Shown: piece by piece, positions 54,666 through 63,581 of the stretch
Layout of the letters: every line of letters begins with the position of its first letter
Numbering within the stretch: the stretch's first letter is position 1
Virus record (IMG/VR): IMGVR_UViG_3300031851_000001
DNA length: 64,000 nucleotides
From: a virus
Lineage: Duplodnaviria; Caudoviricetes
Strand: one strand, 5' to 3'
Program-made: the position numbers and the translations under genes
Notes under the pieces: model-generated
What the model was told of the DNA's origin: nothing
The model's database searches: none
What the model saw: the letters and a program-made list of their open reading frames with translations, nothing else

Positions 54666-55382
54666 ATGAAAGAGACGAAGATTAGATATATTTTTGATGT
54701 TGATGGTACACTTACGCCAAGCCGACAAAAGATGGATCCTAAATTTAAACATTTCTTTTTAAAGTTTATAGAAACGAATAAGGTATGGTTGGTAACAGGA
54801 TCTGACTATGCCAAAACAAAAGAGCAGCTTGGCGCAGACATTACTGAAAACGTAGTTACTTGCTACAATTGCAGTGGATCCGAAACAAGGCATCGTGGTA
54901 AAATTGTCAATGCTTCAAGTTGGACATTACCTGACGGAGCGAGATCTTGGCTTGATACACAGCTTTTATTATCAGATTTTAAATTACGTACAGGCAATCA
55001 TATTGAAGAACGTCGTGGTTGTGTTAATTACAGTATCGTTGGTAGAAACGCTACGTTTAAGGAACGCAATGAATATATTGAATATGATAAGAAATACAAA
55101 GAAAGAAGTAATATCGCCAATACATTTAATTATATTTTTGGTAAAGAATCACTAGGTTTGCATGCAGCGATTGGCGGCGAGACTGGTTTGGATATATATC
55201 CTATAGGTAAAGATAAATCGCAAATACTTGACGACTTCGACGAAGATGATAACATTCATTTCTTTGGAGACAAAATGGATATGAGCGGTAACGATTATCC
55301 ACTAGCACGAGCAAATAAAGCAGGAACCAATCACCACGTAAAAGATTGGCAACACACATTTAAAATATTGAGGAGTTTATAA
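54666..55382 (+). CDS. HAD-IIB phosphomannomutase-like enzyme
   Basis: FDVDGTLT, VTGSD, HIEERRG..NYSIVGR, GGETGLDI...DK, FFGDK..SGND. Confidence 0.85.
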   Translation: MKETKIRYIFDVDGTLTPSRQKMDPKFKHFFLKFIETNKVWLVTGSDYAKTKEQLGADITENVVTCYNCSGSETRHRGKIVNASSWTLPDGARSWLDTQLLLSDFKLRTGNHIEERRGCVNYSIVGRNATFKERNEYIEYDKKYKERSNIANTFNYIFGKESLGLHAAIGGETGLDIYPIGKDKSQILDDFDEDDNIHFFGDKMDMSGNDYPLARANKAGTNHHVKDWQHTFKILRSL

Positions 55383-55613
55383 ATGTTTACAATAGAAATG
55401 GATTGGGATGAAACAGCAATCACCGTATTAGACCAAACAGGCGAAAATGAAGATGTACAATTTTTGATATATGATGACATAGCATATATACGTCAATTTG
55501 ATAACGACACAAATAGGTTTAGTATAATCACAATGTCACCAGACCAAATTGGAGAAATCATAGCTTCAATGAACTTGCCAGAAGGCGCATATTTAATGGG
55601 AGAAACGCGATGA
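55383..55613 (+). CDS. hypothetical protein
   Basis: GAGGAG SD; acidic small protein. Confidence 0.6.
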   Translation: MFTIEMDWDETAITVLDQTGENEDVQFLIYDDIAYIRQFDNDTNRFSIITMSPDQIGEIIASMNLPEGAYLMGETR

Positions 55614-55864
55614 TTTTGATATATGGGACACCAACCTGTGGATATTGTTTAAGGGCTAAAAAGTTAGCAGCGCGGTACGACTTACTACATGAATATAAAG
55701 ATATTACATACTCTGCTAATAGAGATGAAATGATTAACCGCCTTGGTAAAAATGCTAAAACAGTTCCTCAAATTTTTTGGTATGGAAAACATATTGGTGG
55801 TTATAATGAGTTTGCTAGTGAAGTAGAAAATACACGCAATTATGGTGATGGTGATTTAAGCTAA
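55610..55864 (+). CDS. glutaredoxin
   Basis: CGYC active site, TVPQIF, HIGGY. Confidence 0.92.
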   Translation: MILIYGTPTCGYCLRAKKLAARYDLLHEYKDITYSANRDEMINRLGKNAKTVPQIFWYGKHIGGYNEFASEVENTRNYGDGDLS

Positions 55865-55878
55865 ATTAATTTCGTATG

Positions 55879-55944
55879 AAATGAAATTAACTATTGACAT
55901 TCCTACATTTAGTTGGTATATTAGAATCAACAAATAAAGGAATA
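55879..55944 (+). repeat. 66-bp early promoter/RBS cassette, copy 1
   Basis: Identical to 56510-56575 except for an 8-nt stretch in the spacer; TTGACA-N17-TATATT plus AAAGGAATA. Confidence 0.9.
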
Positions 55945-55949
55945 CTAAA

Positions 55950-56138
55950 ATGCATAAAACGTTATCAAATAAAATCGAATTAATTGCTGAAATTTTACTT
56001 TTCAACTGTGAGTCAACATGGAATGAAGTAAAACCATCGCTTGAAAAAATGTCAATCGTAGCTTTACAAGATCACTTGTTTTATGACCTTACTGAAGGTA
56101 CTATGTACACTTATACATACACAGGAGAATTAGCATAA
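55950..56138 (+). CDS. small early hypothetical protein
   Basis: Directly downstream of the promoter cassette and SD. Confidence 0.6.
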   Translation: MHKTLSNKIELIAEILLFNCESTWNEVKPSLEKMSIVALQDHLFYDLTEGTMYTYTYTGELA

Positions 56139-56515
56139 TGTCTTATACATTTTCTACTGAAATCTTTTCAGACCTTCATAAAGATGCTTTTGGTTACCGT
56201 CCAAGTAGTGTCCACCCTTTTTACTCTTCAGATGATGCCAGCAAACAAGAATGCTGGGATTACACTATCGAGCGATTAGAAGCTCGTGAGCTTGAAGAAA
56301 AAGAAGCTGAAGCTGAAGCCGTTAAACAATTTAAGATAGATATGTTTAGTATCAACTCAATGGATACAAATGAGCAAGCCTTAGCTCGAATGGTAAATGT
56401 TGATACTTTAGAGCATGACCAAGCTATTGAGCATTGGGTATGGTCTTTTGGAATTCTATTCACACCATTCGGTAAAGAAATTGTTGAAACTTTAAAAAAT
56501 ATGAAATTAAAATGA
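56138..56515 (+). CDS. early hypothetical protein
   Basis: GGAG SD; FSDLHKDAFGYRP motif. Confidence 0.65.
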   Translation: MSYTFSTEIFSDLHKDAFGYRPSSVHPFYSSDDASKQECWDYTIERLEARELEEKEAEAEAVKQFKIDMFSINSMDTNEQALARMVNVDTLEHDQAIEHWVWSFGILFTPFGKEIVETLKNMKLK

Positions 56516-56575
56516 AATTAACTATTGACATTCCTGTTTATATTTGGTATATTAGAATCAACAAATAAAGGAATA
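56510..56575 (+). repeat. 66-bp early promoter/RBS cassette, copy 2
   Basis: Direct repeat of 55879-55944 at an offset of 631 bp. Confidence 0.9.
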
Positions 56576-56581
56576 TATAAT

Positions 56582-56794
56582 ATGTCAAATTTTAACGTAT
56601 ATCAAGTAGATGGTTCTCACGATGGTCCATTAGGAATTTATTCATCTAAGAAAAAAGCATTAGCAGCGGCTATTGCATATGTTCAGTCAAATGGTGATGA
56701 TAACTACGATATTGATGATGTTAGTTGGAATACTATAACAACAATTTCAAATGATGATAACTCAGCTGACGTAATTCAGTGGGGAGTAAAATAA
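56582..56794 (+). CDS. small early hypothetical protein
   Basis: Follows cassette copy 2. Confidence 0.6.
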   Translation: MSNFNVYQVDGSHDGPLGIYSSKKKALAAAIAYVQSNGDDNYDIDDVSWNTITTISNDDNSADVIQWGVK

Positions 56795-57045
56795 TGTCTT
56801 ATCAAATGACTAATTTAAATACGATGCAATTTATTACTGAGGACGTTGTGTTCTCTTTCCAAAAAGCAATCGCAAATAAAAATAACTTAGAACAAAAATT
56901 TGGTTCAACAAACTTTTGGAACTTTGTTTCAGCTGATATGCATATGGATCTAAAAAAGAGATATGATACAAAGTACATTGATGAGTCTTTTGACTTTTTG
57001 ACTGAGTGTGAAATAGAAGACCGTAGGGTTGAAGCCTACTGGTAG
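56794..57045 (+). CDS. hypothetical protein
   Basis: TAATG coupling; NFWNFVSADM. Confidence 0.55.
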   Translation: MSYQMTNLNTMQFITEDVVFSFQKAIANKNNLEQKFGSTNFWNFVSADMHMDLKKRYDTKYIDESFDFLTECEIEDRRVEAYW

Positions 57046-57056
57046 TAGGATATAAA

Positions 57057-57266
57057 ATGGTTAGAGTTGTACACTACGTTGGTATGACTGAAGAAAAGTA
57101 TCAACGCGCACGTAGGGTCTTTGGAGGTCCTGCGTATTTCCACCGTAGAATGGACGACAGAGTATTTTCTGAAGTTGGTCCAGAAGACATGGTGGTTTTT
57201 GATGATGAGAGACGTTGTCCTTATGTGTGGGATGCGTCTGCAGTTCCGAGGAGATATACAGAATGA
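57057..57266 (+). CDS. hypothetical protein
   Basis: AGGA SD; VHYVGM...AYFH. Confidence 0.55.
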   Translation: MVRVVHYVGMTEEKYQRARRVFGGPAYFHRRMDDRVFSEVGPEDMVVFDDERRCPYVWDASAVPRRYTE

Positions 57267-57595
57267 GTATGCATATGATACGTGGAGTTCAAGTCCACGG
57301 CAAGATGAAAAAGAAACTAACACCAAAGGATCGTTTGGCTGCAATCGAGCACGAGAAGTTCCTTAAGAAAATGGGTGTTGGTAAAACTAAAGCTCGGAAT
57401 ACAAATACAATTCCAGACTATTCATCTAATAATAAAGTCGAGCTCAGCAATAAAATTGCTGGGAACGGCACTGCTAAAGAAAGCACTCAATATACTGGTG
57501 ATTATATCATTGGTATTGGTCAGATGCATAAAAGTAATGGTGTTCCTATTACACGTAAAGAAGATGCCGTTGCCATCGCAAACATGAGGAGATGA
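57263..57595 (+). CDS. conserved basic hypothetical protein
   Basis: GAGGAG SD; YTGDYIIGIGQMHKSNGVPI motif. Confidence 0.65.
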   Translation: MSMHMIRGVQVHGKMKKKLTPKDRLAAIEHEKFLKKMGVGKTKARNTNTIPDYSSNNKVELSNKIAGNGTAKESTQYTGDYIIGIGQMHKSNGVPITRKEDAVAIANMRR

Positions 57596-57596
57596 T

Positions 57597-57794
57597 ATGA
57601 AAACAACATGGGTAGATCCACCTAAAGGATGGAAATATGGTTTTCCAAAATCATTACCAAATCCGTTACCAGAACCTTGGAGTTTAAATCTATGGCTAAT
57701 GTCAGAGGGTTATCCAATGGCAGAGTTTGCTAACTTTGGTGATAACTTCAATGATTACGTGAGAGTGTGGTATACATATGACTGGCAAGATTGA
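57597..57794 (+). CDS. hypothetical protein
   Basis: WVDPPKGWKYGFPK motif. Confidence 0.55.
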   Translation: MKTTWVDPPKGWKYGFPKSLPNPLPEPWSLNLWLMSEGYPMAEFANFGDNFNDYVRVWYTYDWQD

Positions 57795-57981
57795 TTTAGA
57801 CAAAGTTACTCGAGTTGAAGTAATTGATAATAAAGGAAGGTCATATGCCAAACATAATGTTGAACGCGTATGGCTTTCCTTGCAAGATGATAACCAAACC
57901 TTAAAGGTAATGGTCACATATGAAGACGAAGAGGAAATCTGTATAGATTGATAAATAGCTCTATTACTATGGAGTTATTAC

Positions 57982-58416
57982 ATGTGGCACTACAAGGGTG
58001 AGGAATTCACCTCTGAAATGATTGGTGATTATATTGGATTTGTTTATATAATCACTGATGGTTCAAACGATAAAAAATATATCGGTAAAAAGATTTTCAA
58101 ATCAAAAAGAAAACTTAAACCTTTGAAGGGTAAGACTCGACGAAGGACCAAGATAGTTGAGTCAGATTGGCAAAAGTACTATGGTTCATCAGAAGAAGTC
58201 AAACTTATGGTTGAAGAAAAAGGTACAGACAACTTTTACCGAGAGATAATCCACCTTTGTGATAAAAAAGGCGAAATGGGTTACCTTGAACTTTATGAGC
58301 AAATTACACGACATGCTTTACTTGACGATTCATTTTATAATGGTATATGTCAAGCCAAAATCCACAGAAGCCACGTTAAAGGATTAAAATGGCTTATGGA
58401 CAAAAATAATAGTTGA
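57982..58416 (+). CDS. GIY-YIG family nuclease-like protein
   Basis: GFVYII...KYIGKK, WQKYYGSS, FYREII, YLEL..Q, YNG. Confidence 0.75.
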   Translation: MWHYKGEEFTSEMIGDYIGFVYIITDGSNDKKYIGKKIFKSKRKLKPLKGKTRRRTKIVESDWQKYYGSSEEVKLMVEEKGTDNFYREIIHLCDKKGEMGYLELYEQITRHALLDDSFYNGICQAKIHRSHVKGLKWLMDKNNS

Positions 58417-58441
58417 CATTTCATAATACTTGGTTTATATT
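58413..58441 (+). promoter_or_regulatory. early promoter
   Basis: TTGACA-N17-TATATT. Confidence 0.65.
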
Positions 58442-58476
58442 GGTAGTATACTAAGAATCATTCCATGGAGCATATT

Positions 58477-58704
58477 ATGATCATCAAACGTTCATCAGCA
58501 TATAGCGGCAAAGTTCGCCAAAAGAATATACCTGTAGATCCTCAAGACTGGGCAATGTACCAAGGCGGTTACGCATCTATCCACGAGGTTATGCCTTATC
58601 TTACAAATGAAGACCGCGAGTTTATTTTGTCAGGTATGGTACCTTCTGAATGGAAAGAAGCATGTGCTGAAATTAACGCAATCGTGGAAGACACATTCGC
58701 ATGA
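58477..58704 (+). CDS. hypothetical protein
   Basis: GGAG SD; MPYLTNEDREFILSG. Confidence 0.6.
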   Translation: MIIKRSSAYSGKVRQKNIPVDPQDWAMYQGGYASIHEVMPYLTNEDREFILSGMVPSEWKEACAEINAIVEDTFA

Positions 58705-59342
58705 TAGTTTTATTTAATGGTCCTCCTCAGTCAGGTAAAGATGCTGCAGCCGACTACTTTAAAGCAAAAGGTTGGAAACATCTTTCGTTTAAATACCAAT
58801 TATATAAAGAAACATGCAAATACTTTGGATGTGATTACGAATGGTTTATGGAAAGATATGATGATCGTTCCGTTAAAGAAGTTCCTCATATGGATCTTGG
58901 TCATATGTCTTGCCGTGAAGCAATGATATACGTATCGGAAAAAATTGTAAAGCCTAAACGTGGTTTAGATTACTTTGGAAAACAAGTTGCTAATGAAATT
59001 GATTTGAATAAAAATTACGCAATTTCTGATGGTGGTTTTGTTGATGAACTTATACCTATTATAAATAAAATTGGAGATAACAATTTCGTACTTGTTCAAC
59101 TTACACGAGATGGCTGTGATTATTCTACTGACTCTCGAAGATATTTTGATGGCGATGTCCAACAGGAATACATAAATTCCCATCGTACAGAAATAAACAA
59201 AAAGTATGTGTTACCTCATAAGTTTAATGTAAAGACTTACAGGATTCACAACAACTCTACTATTGAATCATTTCATTCAGTGTTAGAACAGATACATAAG
59301 AAGGAATTTTATGGAAGAGGAGCGAAATGCGAAGCAGCCTAA
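58701..59342 (+). CDS. P-loop deoxynucleoside monophosphate kinase-like protein
   Basis: NGPPQSGKD, REAMI..SE, ISDGGF..E, DSR. Confidence 0.75.
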   Translation: MIVLFNGPPQSGKDAAADYFKAKGWKHLSFKYQLYKETCKYFGCDYEWFMERYDDRSVKEVPHMDLGHMSCREAMIYVSEKIVKPKRGLDYFGKQVANEIDLNKNYAISDGGFVDELIPIINKIGDNNFVLVQLTRDGCDYSTDSRRYFDGDVQQEYINSHRTEINKKYVLPHKFNVKTYRIHNNSTIESFHSVLEQIHKKEFYGRGAKCEAA

Positions 59343-59556
59343 ACCAAAGCCAACTCTTAAGCCGATATTTTACGAAAACCCTTACGACATAGAAACGTTT
59401 TTTGAAGGTATGAATATCGCAATAGAGCATGGAAAAGAGTTTCAATATGTTGATAGATTTATTACTCATATGAGAATAGATCCGATGCAAGACACTGCAG
59501 ATATATCTTTTAAGGTTTTAAACCACGATTTAAAATTATTAGATTTCTCTGACTAA
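59311..59556 (+). CDS. hypothetical protein
   Basis: ORF in the coding orientation. Confidence 0.5.
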   Translation: MEEERNAKQPKPKPTLKPIFYENPYDIETFFEGMNIAIEHGKEFQYVDRFITHMRIDPMQDTADISFKVLNHDLKLLDFSD

Positions 59557-59557
59557 G

Positions 59558-59565
59558 TATAAATA
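59558..59565 (+). promoter_or_regulatory. T4-type late promoter
   Basis: TATAAATA. Confidence 0.6.
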
Positions 59566-59594
59566 AAATAGTTGACAATGAAAAGGAATACATT

Positions 59595-59852
59595 ATGGAA
59601 ATCAACAAAGAACAAGCAATCGCACAATTAGTCGCAGGACCATGTGATATTGTATTTACAAAAAAGAATGGTGACAAGCGCGAAATGCGTTGTACACTCG
59701 AAGCTTCAATGCTTCCTCCTCAGCTTCCACTTGAAGAAGGTCAGGAAAAACAAAAACGTACAGTTAACCCAGATGTCCTAGCAGTGTTTGATCTTGAAGC
59801 ACAAGGCTGGCGTTCATTCCGATGGGATAGCCTACAATCAATCAATACATAA
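59595..59852 (+). CDS. WYL-like/SH3-fold phage protein (DUF2693-like)
   Basis: VFTKKNGDKREMRCTL...VFDLEAQGWRSFR. Confidence 0.7.
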   Translation: MEINKEQAIAQLVAGPCDIVFTKKNGDKREMRCTLEASMLPPQLPLEEGQEKQKRTVNPDVLAVFDLEAQGWRSFRWDSLQSINT

Positions 59853-59866
59853 TTTGGAGCTAACAT

Positions 59867-60823
59867 ATGAGTATGATTCATAAAGGTCATATCGTCGAGT
59901 CAGAACTATCTAAAAACTCAAAAGGCGGTACTGAAATGATGCGCAAACGCGTACTCGATAACGTTAATTCTGAATTGCTATCAAACGTAGCAATTCATTT
60001 TTCACGTCCACGGGAAATCCCTACAGATGTAAAAAACATCATGTATTGCCACGATCTTGCTGAAGATCCAGAAAACAATATTTTAAAAGATGGCGGTTGG
60101 AAAACATTCGACCATTTTGTTTTCGTATCACAATGGCAGCGAGATCAATACATTACATATTATGGATTACCATACTCAAAATGTACAGTAATTCCAAATG
60201 CGGTAGAGAAAGAATTTTCTGCTCCAGAGAATATGAGTCACGAAGGTAAAGTACGATTTATTTACCATACAACACCACATCGTGGATTGGAATTACTATA
60301 TCCAATCTTTGATGAACTCAGTAAACACCATAAAAATATCCATCTTGATGTTTATTCATCATTTGCAATTTATGGTTGGGCACAACGTGATGATCCGTAT
60401 GTTGGATTATTTACAGAAATTCATAACCACCCAAATATGACATACCATGGATCAGTTCCAAACTCGGATATCATATCAGCATTAGAACAAGCTGATGTAT
60501 TCTTATATCCAAACATTTGGAAAGAAACATCGTGTATTGCTCTTATTGAAGCAATTAAATGTGGTGTGTTATGTATCCATCCAAACTATGGTGCTTTAAC
60601 AGAAGTATCAGGCGGTCAGACATTAATGTATGATTATAGTGAGGATAACAATGCGAATGCAAACGCTGCTTATAGTATTGCTGACCAAGTGTTAAACACA
60701 CAAAAGGAAGATAACGAATTCCTTAAACGGTTTACTACAACAGATAGAGCATTCTTATCTAAGAATAGTATTCCTATTTTCGCGAATAACTGGAATAAAC
60801 TATTGAAAGAACTAAATGGCTGA
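59867..60823 (+). CDS. GT-B glycosyltransferase (GT4-like)
   Basis: GGTE, FVSQWQ, VIPNAV, YHTTPHRGL, YPNIWKETSCIALIEA. Confidence 0.85.
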   Translation: MSMIHKGHIVESELSKNSKGGTEMMRKRVLDNVNSELLSNVAIHFSRPREIPTDVKNIMYCHDLAEDPENNILKDGGWKTFDHFVFVSQWQRDQYITYYGLPYSKCTVIPNAVEKEFSAPENMSHEGKVRFIYHTTPHRGLELLYPIFDELSKHHKNIHLDVYSSFAIYGWAQRDDPYVGLFTEIHNHPNMTYHGSVPNSDIISALEQADVFLYPNIWKETSCIALIEAIKCGVLCIHPNYGALTEVSGGQTLMYDYSEDNNANANAAYSIADQVLNTQKEDNEFLKRFTTTDRAFLSKNSIPIFANNWNKLLKELNG

Positions 60824-61178
60824 TATTATAGAATTTCCAAAGGACAAGCAAAATAGTCCGCCGCAGTCCCAAGAAGAAGTTGCTGAAAAGCTGCTTGAAT
60901 TTAAATTAGGACACGCGGACCAAATTTCAGAAGCACTTTGGCAATATGTATTAACAGAGCTCATTAGAGCTGGATGTATCTTTACCTCAGAAGGACCTGC
61001 AGAGACAAATAAACATTTTCCTGCAATGGTTTTAGTATTAGAGGCAATTAAATCACTTCACCTGTCAACGTACGGGATACATCACCCTTTACAAGACTTC
61101 GCTGGAGATTCAATTAATATTGATGATTATAGGGAAGAACAAGAAATAACCGTTGACATTGATGAAGATATAGATTAG
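60816..61178 (+). CDS. hypothetical protein
   Basis: MADIIEFP N-terminus; HHPLQ motif. Confidence 0.6.
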   Translation: MADIIEFPKDKQNSPPQSQEEVAEKLLEFKLGHADQISEALWQYVLTELIRAGCIFTSEGPAETNKHFPAMVLVLEAIKSLHLSTYGIHHPLQDFAGDSINIDDYREEQEITVDIDEDID

Positions 61179-61217
61179 AATGGATCTATAAATTAAACTA
61201 TAACATGAGAAAACAAA

Positions 61218-62078
61218 ATGGCTATACTAGTAGACTATAATCAGGTTATCTTAGCCTCGCTGTTCGCGAGTATCGGTAACCACCACAACATTGACATTGA
61301 CGAGAATATCATTCGTCATATGTTTTTAAATTCAATACGACACAACCGTAAAAAGTTCCATAAAGACTTTGGTGAAATCGTAATTTGTGCTGATGGTAAA
61401 AATACATGGCGCAGAGAAGCATATCCTTATTATAAAGGTAACCGTAAAAAATCACGCGATGAGTCTGATTTAGATTGGAATAACCTTTTTAGTATTATGA
61501 ATACTATTCGTGATGAACTCAAAGAATACTTTCCTTATAAAGTAATTCATATTGACCATTGTGAAGCCGATGATATTATCGGTACTATTATTCATGACAA
61601 TGGAACAGAATTGAATATGGGGTCAGAACCTTACTTGGTTCTATCAGCTGATAAAGATTTCATTCAGCTTCAGACATACGCCAATGTTCAGCAATTTGAT
61701 CCAATTCGCAAACGTTGGATTAAAAACGATAACCCATCTATGTACCTTGAAGAACATATTCTAAAAGGCGATACTGGTGATGGTGTACCAAATATCTTAT
61801 CACCAGATAACTGTTTGGCAATTGGTCAACGGCAAAAGCCAATGACTCAAAAACGTCTTGCTCAATATAGAGGTGGCACAGAAGAAATGGATGAGGAAAC
61901 TCTACGTCGTTTTCATAGAAATAAAATGATGATTGACCTTACTCAAATTCCTCAGAAACTCCAAGAGCAAATTCGTGCAGAATATAACCAAGAGAAAGAT
62001 GTTGGACGGTCTCAACTGTTTAACTTCTTTGTTCAGAAAAAACTTAAAAACTTAGTTTCAGATATACAGGATTTCTAA
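61218..62078 (+). CDS. rnh: T4 RNase H (5'-3' exonuclease/flap family)
   Basis: ILVDYNQ, WRREAYPYYKGNRKK, EADDIIG, SADKDFIQL, GDTGDGVPN. Confidence 0.93.
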   Translation: MAILVDYNQVILASLFASIGNHHNIDIDENIIRHMFLNSIRHNRKKFHKDFGEIVICADGKNTWRREAYPYYKGNRKKSRDESDLDWNNLFSIMNTIRDELKEYFPYKVIHIDHCEADDIIGTIIHDNGTELNMGSEPYLVLSADKDFIQLQTYANVQQFDPIRKRWIKNDNPSMYLEEHILKGDTGDGVPNILSPDNCLAIGQRQKPMTQKRLAQYRGGTEEMDEETLRRFHRNKMMIDLTQIPQKLQEQIRAEYNQEKDVGRSQLFNFFVQKKLKNLVSDIQDF

Positions 62079-62506
62079 TGGCAATACGTAGATCAATTTC
62101 AGAAATAATTAACCACTGCTCTACTATTAAAAGTAAGAGTGACAAAGTTGCGTGGCTGCAGGAAAACACCTCCCAACCATTGCAAGTTGTGTTAAAAAAT
62201 ATATATGATAGTAGAGTTGAATTTTTAATACCTGATACAGCCCCTCCTTGGACTCCTAATGAGTTTGAGGATGAGGCAAAATCATTACTATTCAGAGAAG
62301 CTCGAAGACTCAATATTTTTATTAAAGGTGGAGGATATGATAATTTAAACAAAATTAAACGAGAGACACTGTTCATTAGTTTACTTGAGGATTTAGACAA
62401 TGATGATGCTAAATTATTAGCTAACCATATGATTTCTCAAAAACCAGTTAAAGGTTTGACTAAAGCAGTCGTTAACGAAGCATTTCCAAATTTAATAGAA
62501 GAATAA
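62078..62506 (+). CDS. conserved T4-like hypothetical protein
   Basis: KRETLFISLLEDL...DAKLL, AFPNLI; lies next to rnh. Confidence 0.7.
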   Translation: MAIRRSISEIINHCSTIKSKSDKVAWLQENTSQPLQVVLKNIYDSRVEFLIPDTAPPWTPNEFEDEAKSLLFREARRLNIFIKGGGYDNLNKIKRETLFISLLEDLDNDDAKLLANHMISQKPVKGLTKAVVNEAFPNLIEE

Positions 62507-62511
62507 GATTT

Positions 62512-62685
62512 ATGGCCAAAACATTTAGAAAATTCCGTGAAGATTACGATGATTGGGACGAGGTAGGCGATGACGATGTATCGTTGAAAGAACAACGCCT
62601 TAAAAATCGCAGAGATCGTAAGCGAAACAAAAGAGAAGAAAAGAATAAAACTTTTGATGAAAAAGTTGATATGAAACGAAAATAA
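62512..62685 (+). CDS. 57-aa highly charged protein
   Basis: Hand translation MAKTFRKFREDYDDWDEVGDDD...RRDRKRNKREEK; absent from the ORF track. Confidence 0.55.
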   Translation: MAKTFRKFREDYDDWDEVGDDDVSLKEQRLKNRRDRKRNKREEKNKTFDEKVDMKRK

Positions 62686-62688
62686 CTA

Positions 62689-62717
62689 TTGACATTTGAG
62701 TTCTAATAGTGTATATT
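62689..62717 (+). promoter_or_regulatory. early promoter
   Basis: TAACTA-TTGACA-N17-TATATT. Confidence 0.7.
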
Positions 62718-62751
62718 GATTCTATAAGGTAAACAAAAAGGAATCAATACT

Positions 62752-63126
62752 ATGGGTACTTCATCAATGATCGGTTATATTAAAGAAGACGGTACAGTTG
62801 CTACTACATATTGTCACTATGATGGTTATGTAGAGTATAATGGCCGTCTTCTTTTAGATTCATTTAACACTCCAGAAAAAGCAAAAGAAGTTGCCGAAAC
62901 AGGTTACCTTTCTGGTCTAAAAGCTGACTTAGAAATGTCTAAATCAGAGTCTGTTCACAAAGAAGAACCTTCAGTATATCTTACACCAAAATTGTTCATA
63001 GATAATGGCGACATAACACATGGCGCTCAGTATCTTTACCTTTACGATGGTGAAGATTGGTTGATTACTTCAACTGAAAATCTTGAAAACCGTAAGTGGT
63101 CATTAGTAGAAGATAAATTAAATTAA
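62752..63126 (+). CDS. early hypothetical protein
   Basis: MGTSSMIG...YCHYDGY...G..L, YLYLYDG.W. Confidence 0.7.
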   Translation: MGTSSMIGYIKEDGTVATTYCHYDGYVEYNGRLLLDSFNTPEKAKEVAETGYLSGLKADLEMSKSESVHKEEPSVYLTPKLFIDNGDITHGAQYLYLYDGEDWLITSTENLENRKWSLVEDKLN

Positions 63127-63168
63127 ATGAAATTAACTATTGACATTCTCAATAGAATCAGTTATATT
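63125..63168 (+). promoter_or_regulatory. early promoter cassette
   Basis: AAATGAAATTAACTATTGACATTC shared with 55879/56510; ATAGAATCAGTTATATT shared with 49375. Confidence 0.8.
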
Positions 63169-63203
63169 GTATATATCAAATGAAAACAAATAGGAAAAAT
63201 AAA

Positions 63204-63563
63204 ATGACAAAGACAATCACAAAATTCGACAAACCAACACTTCGCAATCTTCGTGTTGAAATGCAAGCATTGCTTGAGGCATATGGAGTTGAAACTAATT
63301 TGGAGATTTCTGTAGGAAACATGAGTTACTCAGATGCTGAAGTCAATATTAAAATCCAAGCAAAAGTAAAAGGTGCAGTTACTATGACTGACCGAATTCT
63401 TCAAATGGAAGTTGATCGTCTTGGTCTAAAAATGGTAAACTTTGCAGGTGATAAACTTGTATCGTATAAAACACGAGCTCAAAAATACTCATTTGTATAT
63501 GAGTCTCACGGAAAATTGTATAAGACTGATGAGCGTGGTGTAAAAGCACGTTTCGCAGCTTAA
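63204..63563 (+). CDS. early hypothetical protein
   Basis: AGGA SD before the ATG at 63204. Confidence 0.6.
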   Translation: MTKTITKFDKPTLRNLRVEMQALLEAYGVETNLEISVGNMSYSDAEVNIKIQAKVKGAVTMTDRILQMEVDRLGLKMVNFAGDKLVSYKTRAQKYSFVYESHGKLYKTDERGVKARFAA

Positions 63564-63581
63564 GTTAAGAAAGAATATAAT

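Noticed and set aside
55879-56575. 66-bp direct repeats as CRISPR repeats or IS ends
   Set aside because: Only two full copies, 631 bp apart, containing -35/-10 and SD elements; no cas or transposase gene
57982-58416. GIY-YIG ORF as a mobile homing endonuclease
   Set aside because: Only 144 aa with no DNA-binding extension and not inserted in or beside a conserved target gene; more likely a resident nuclease
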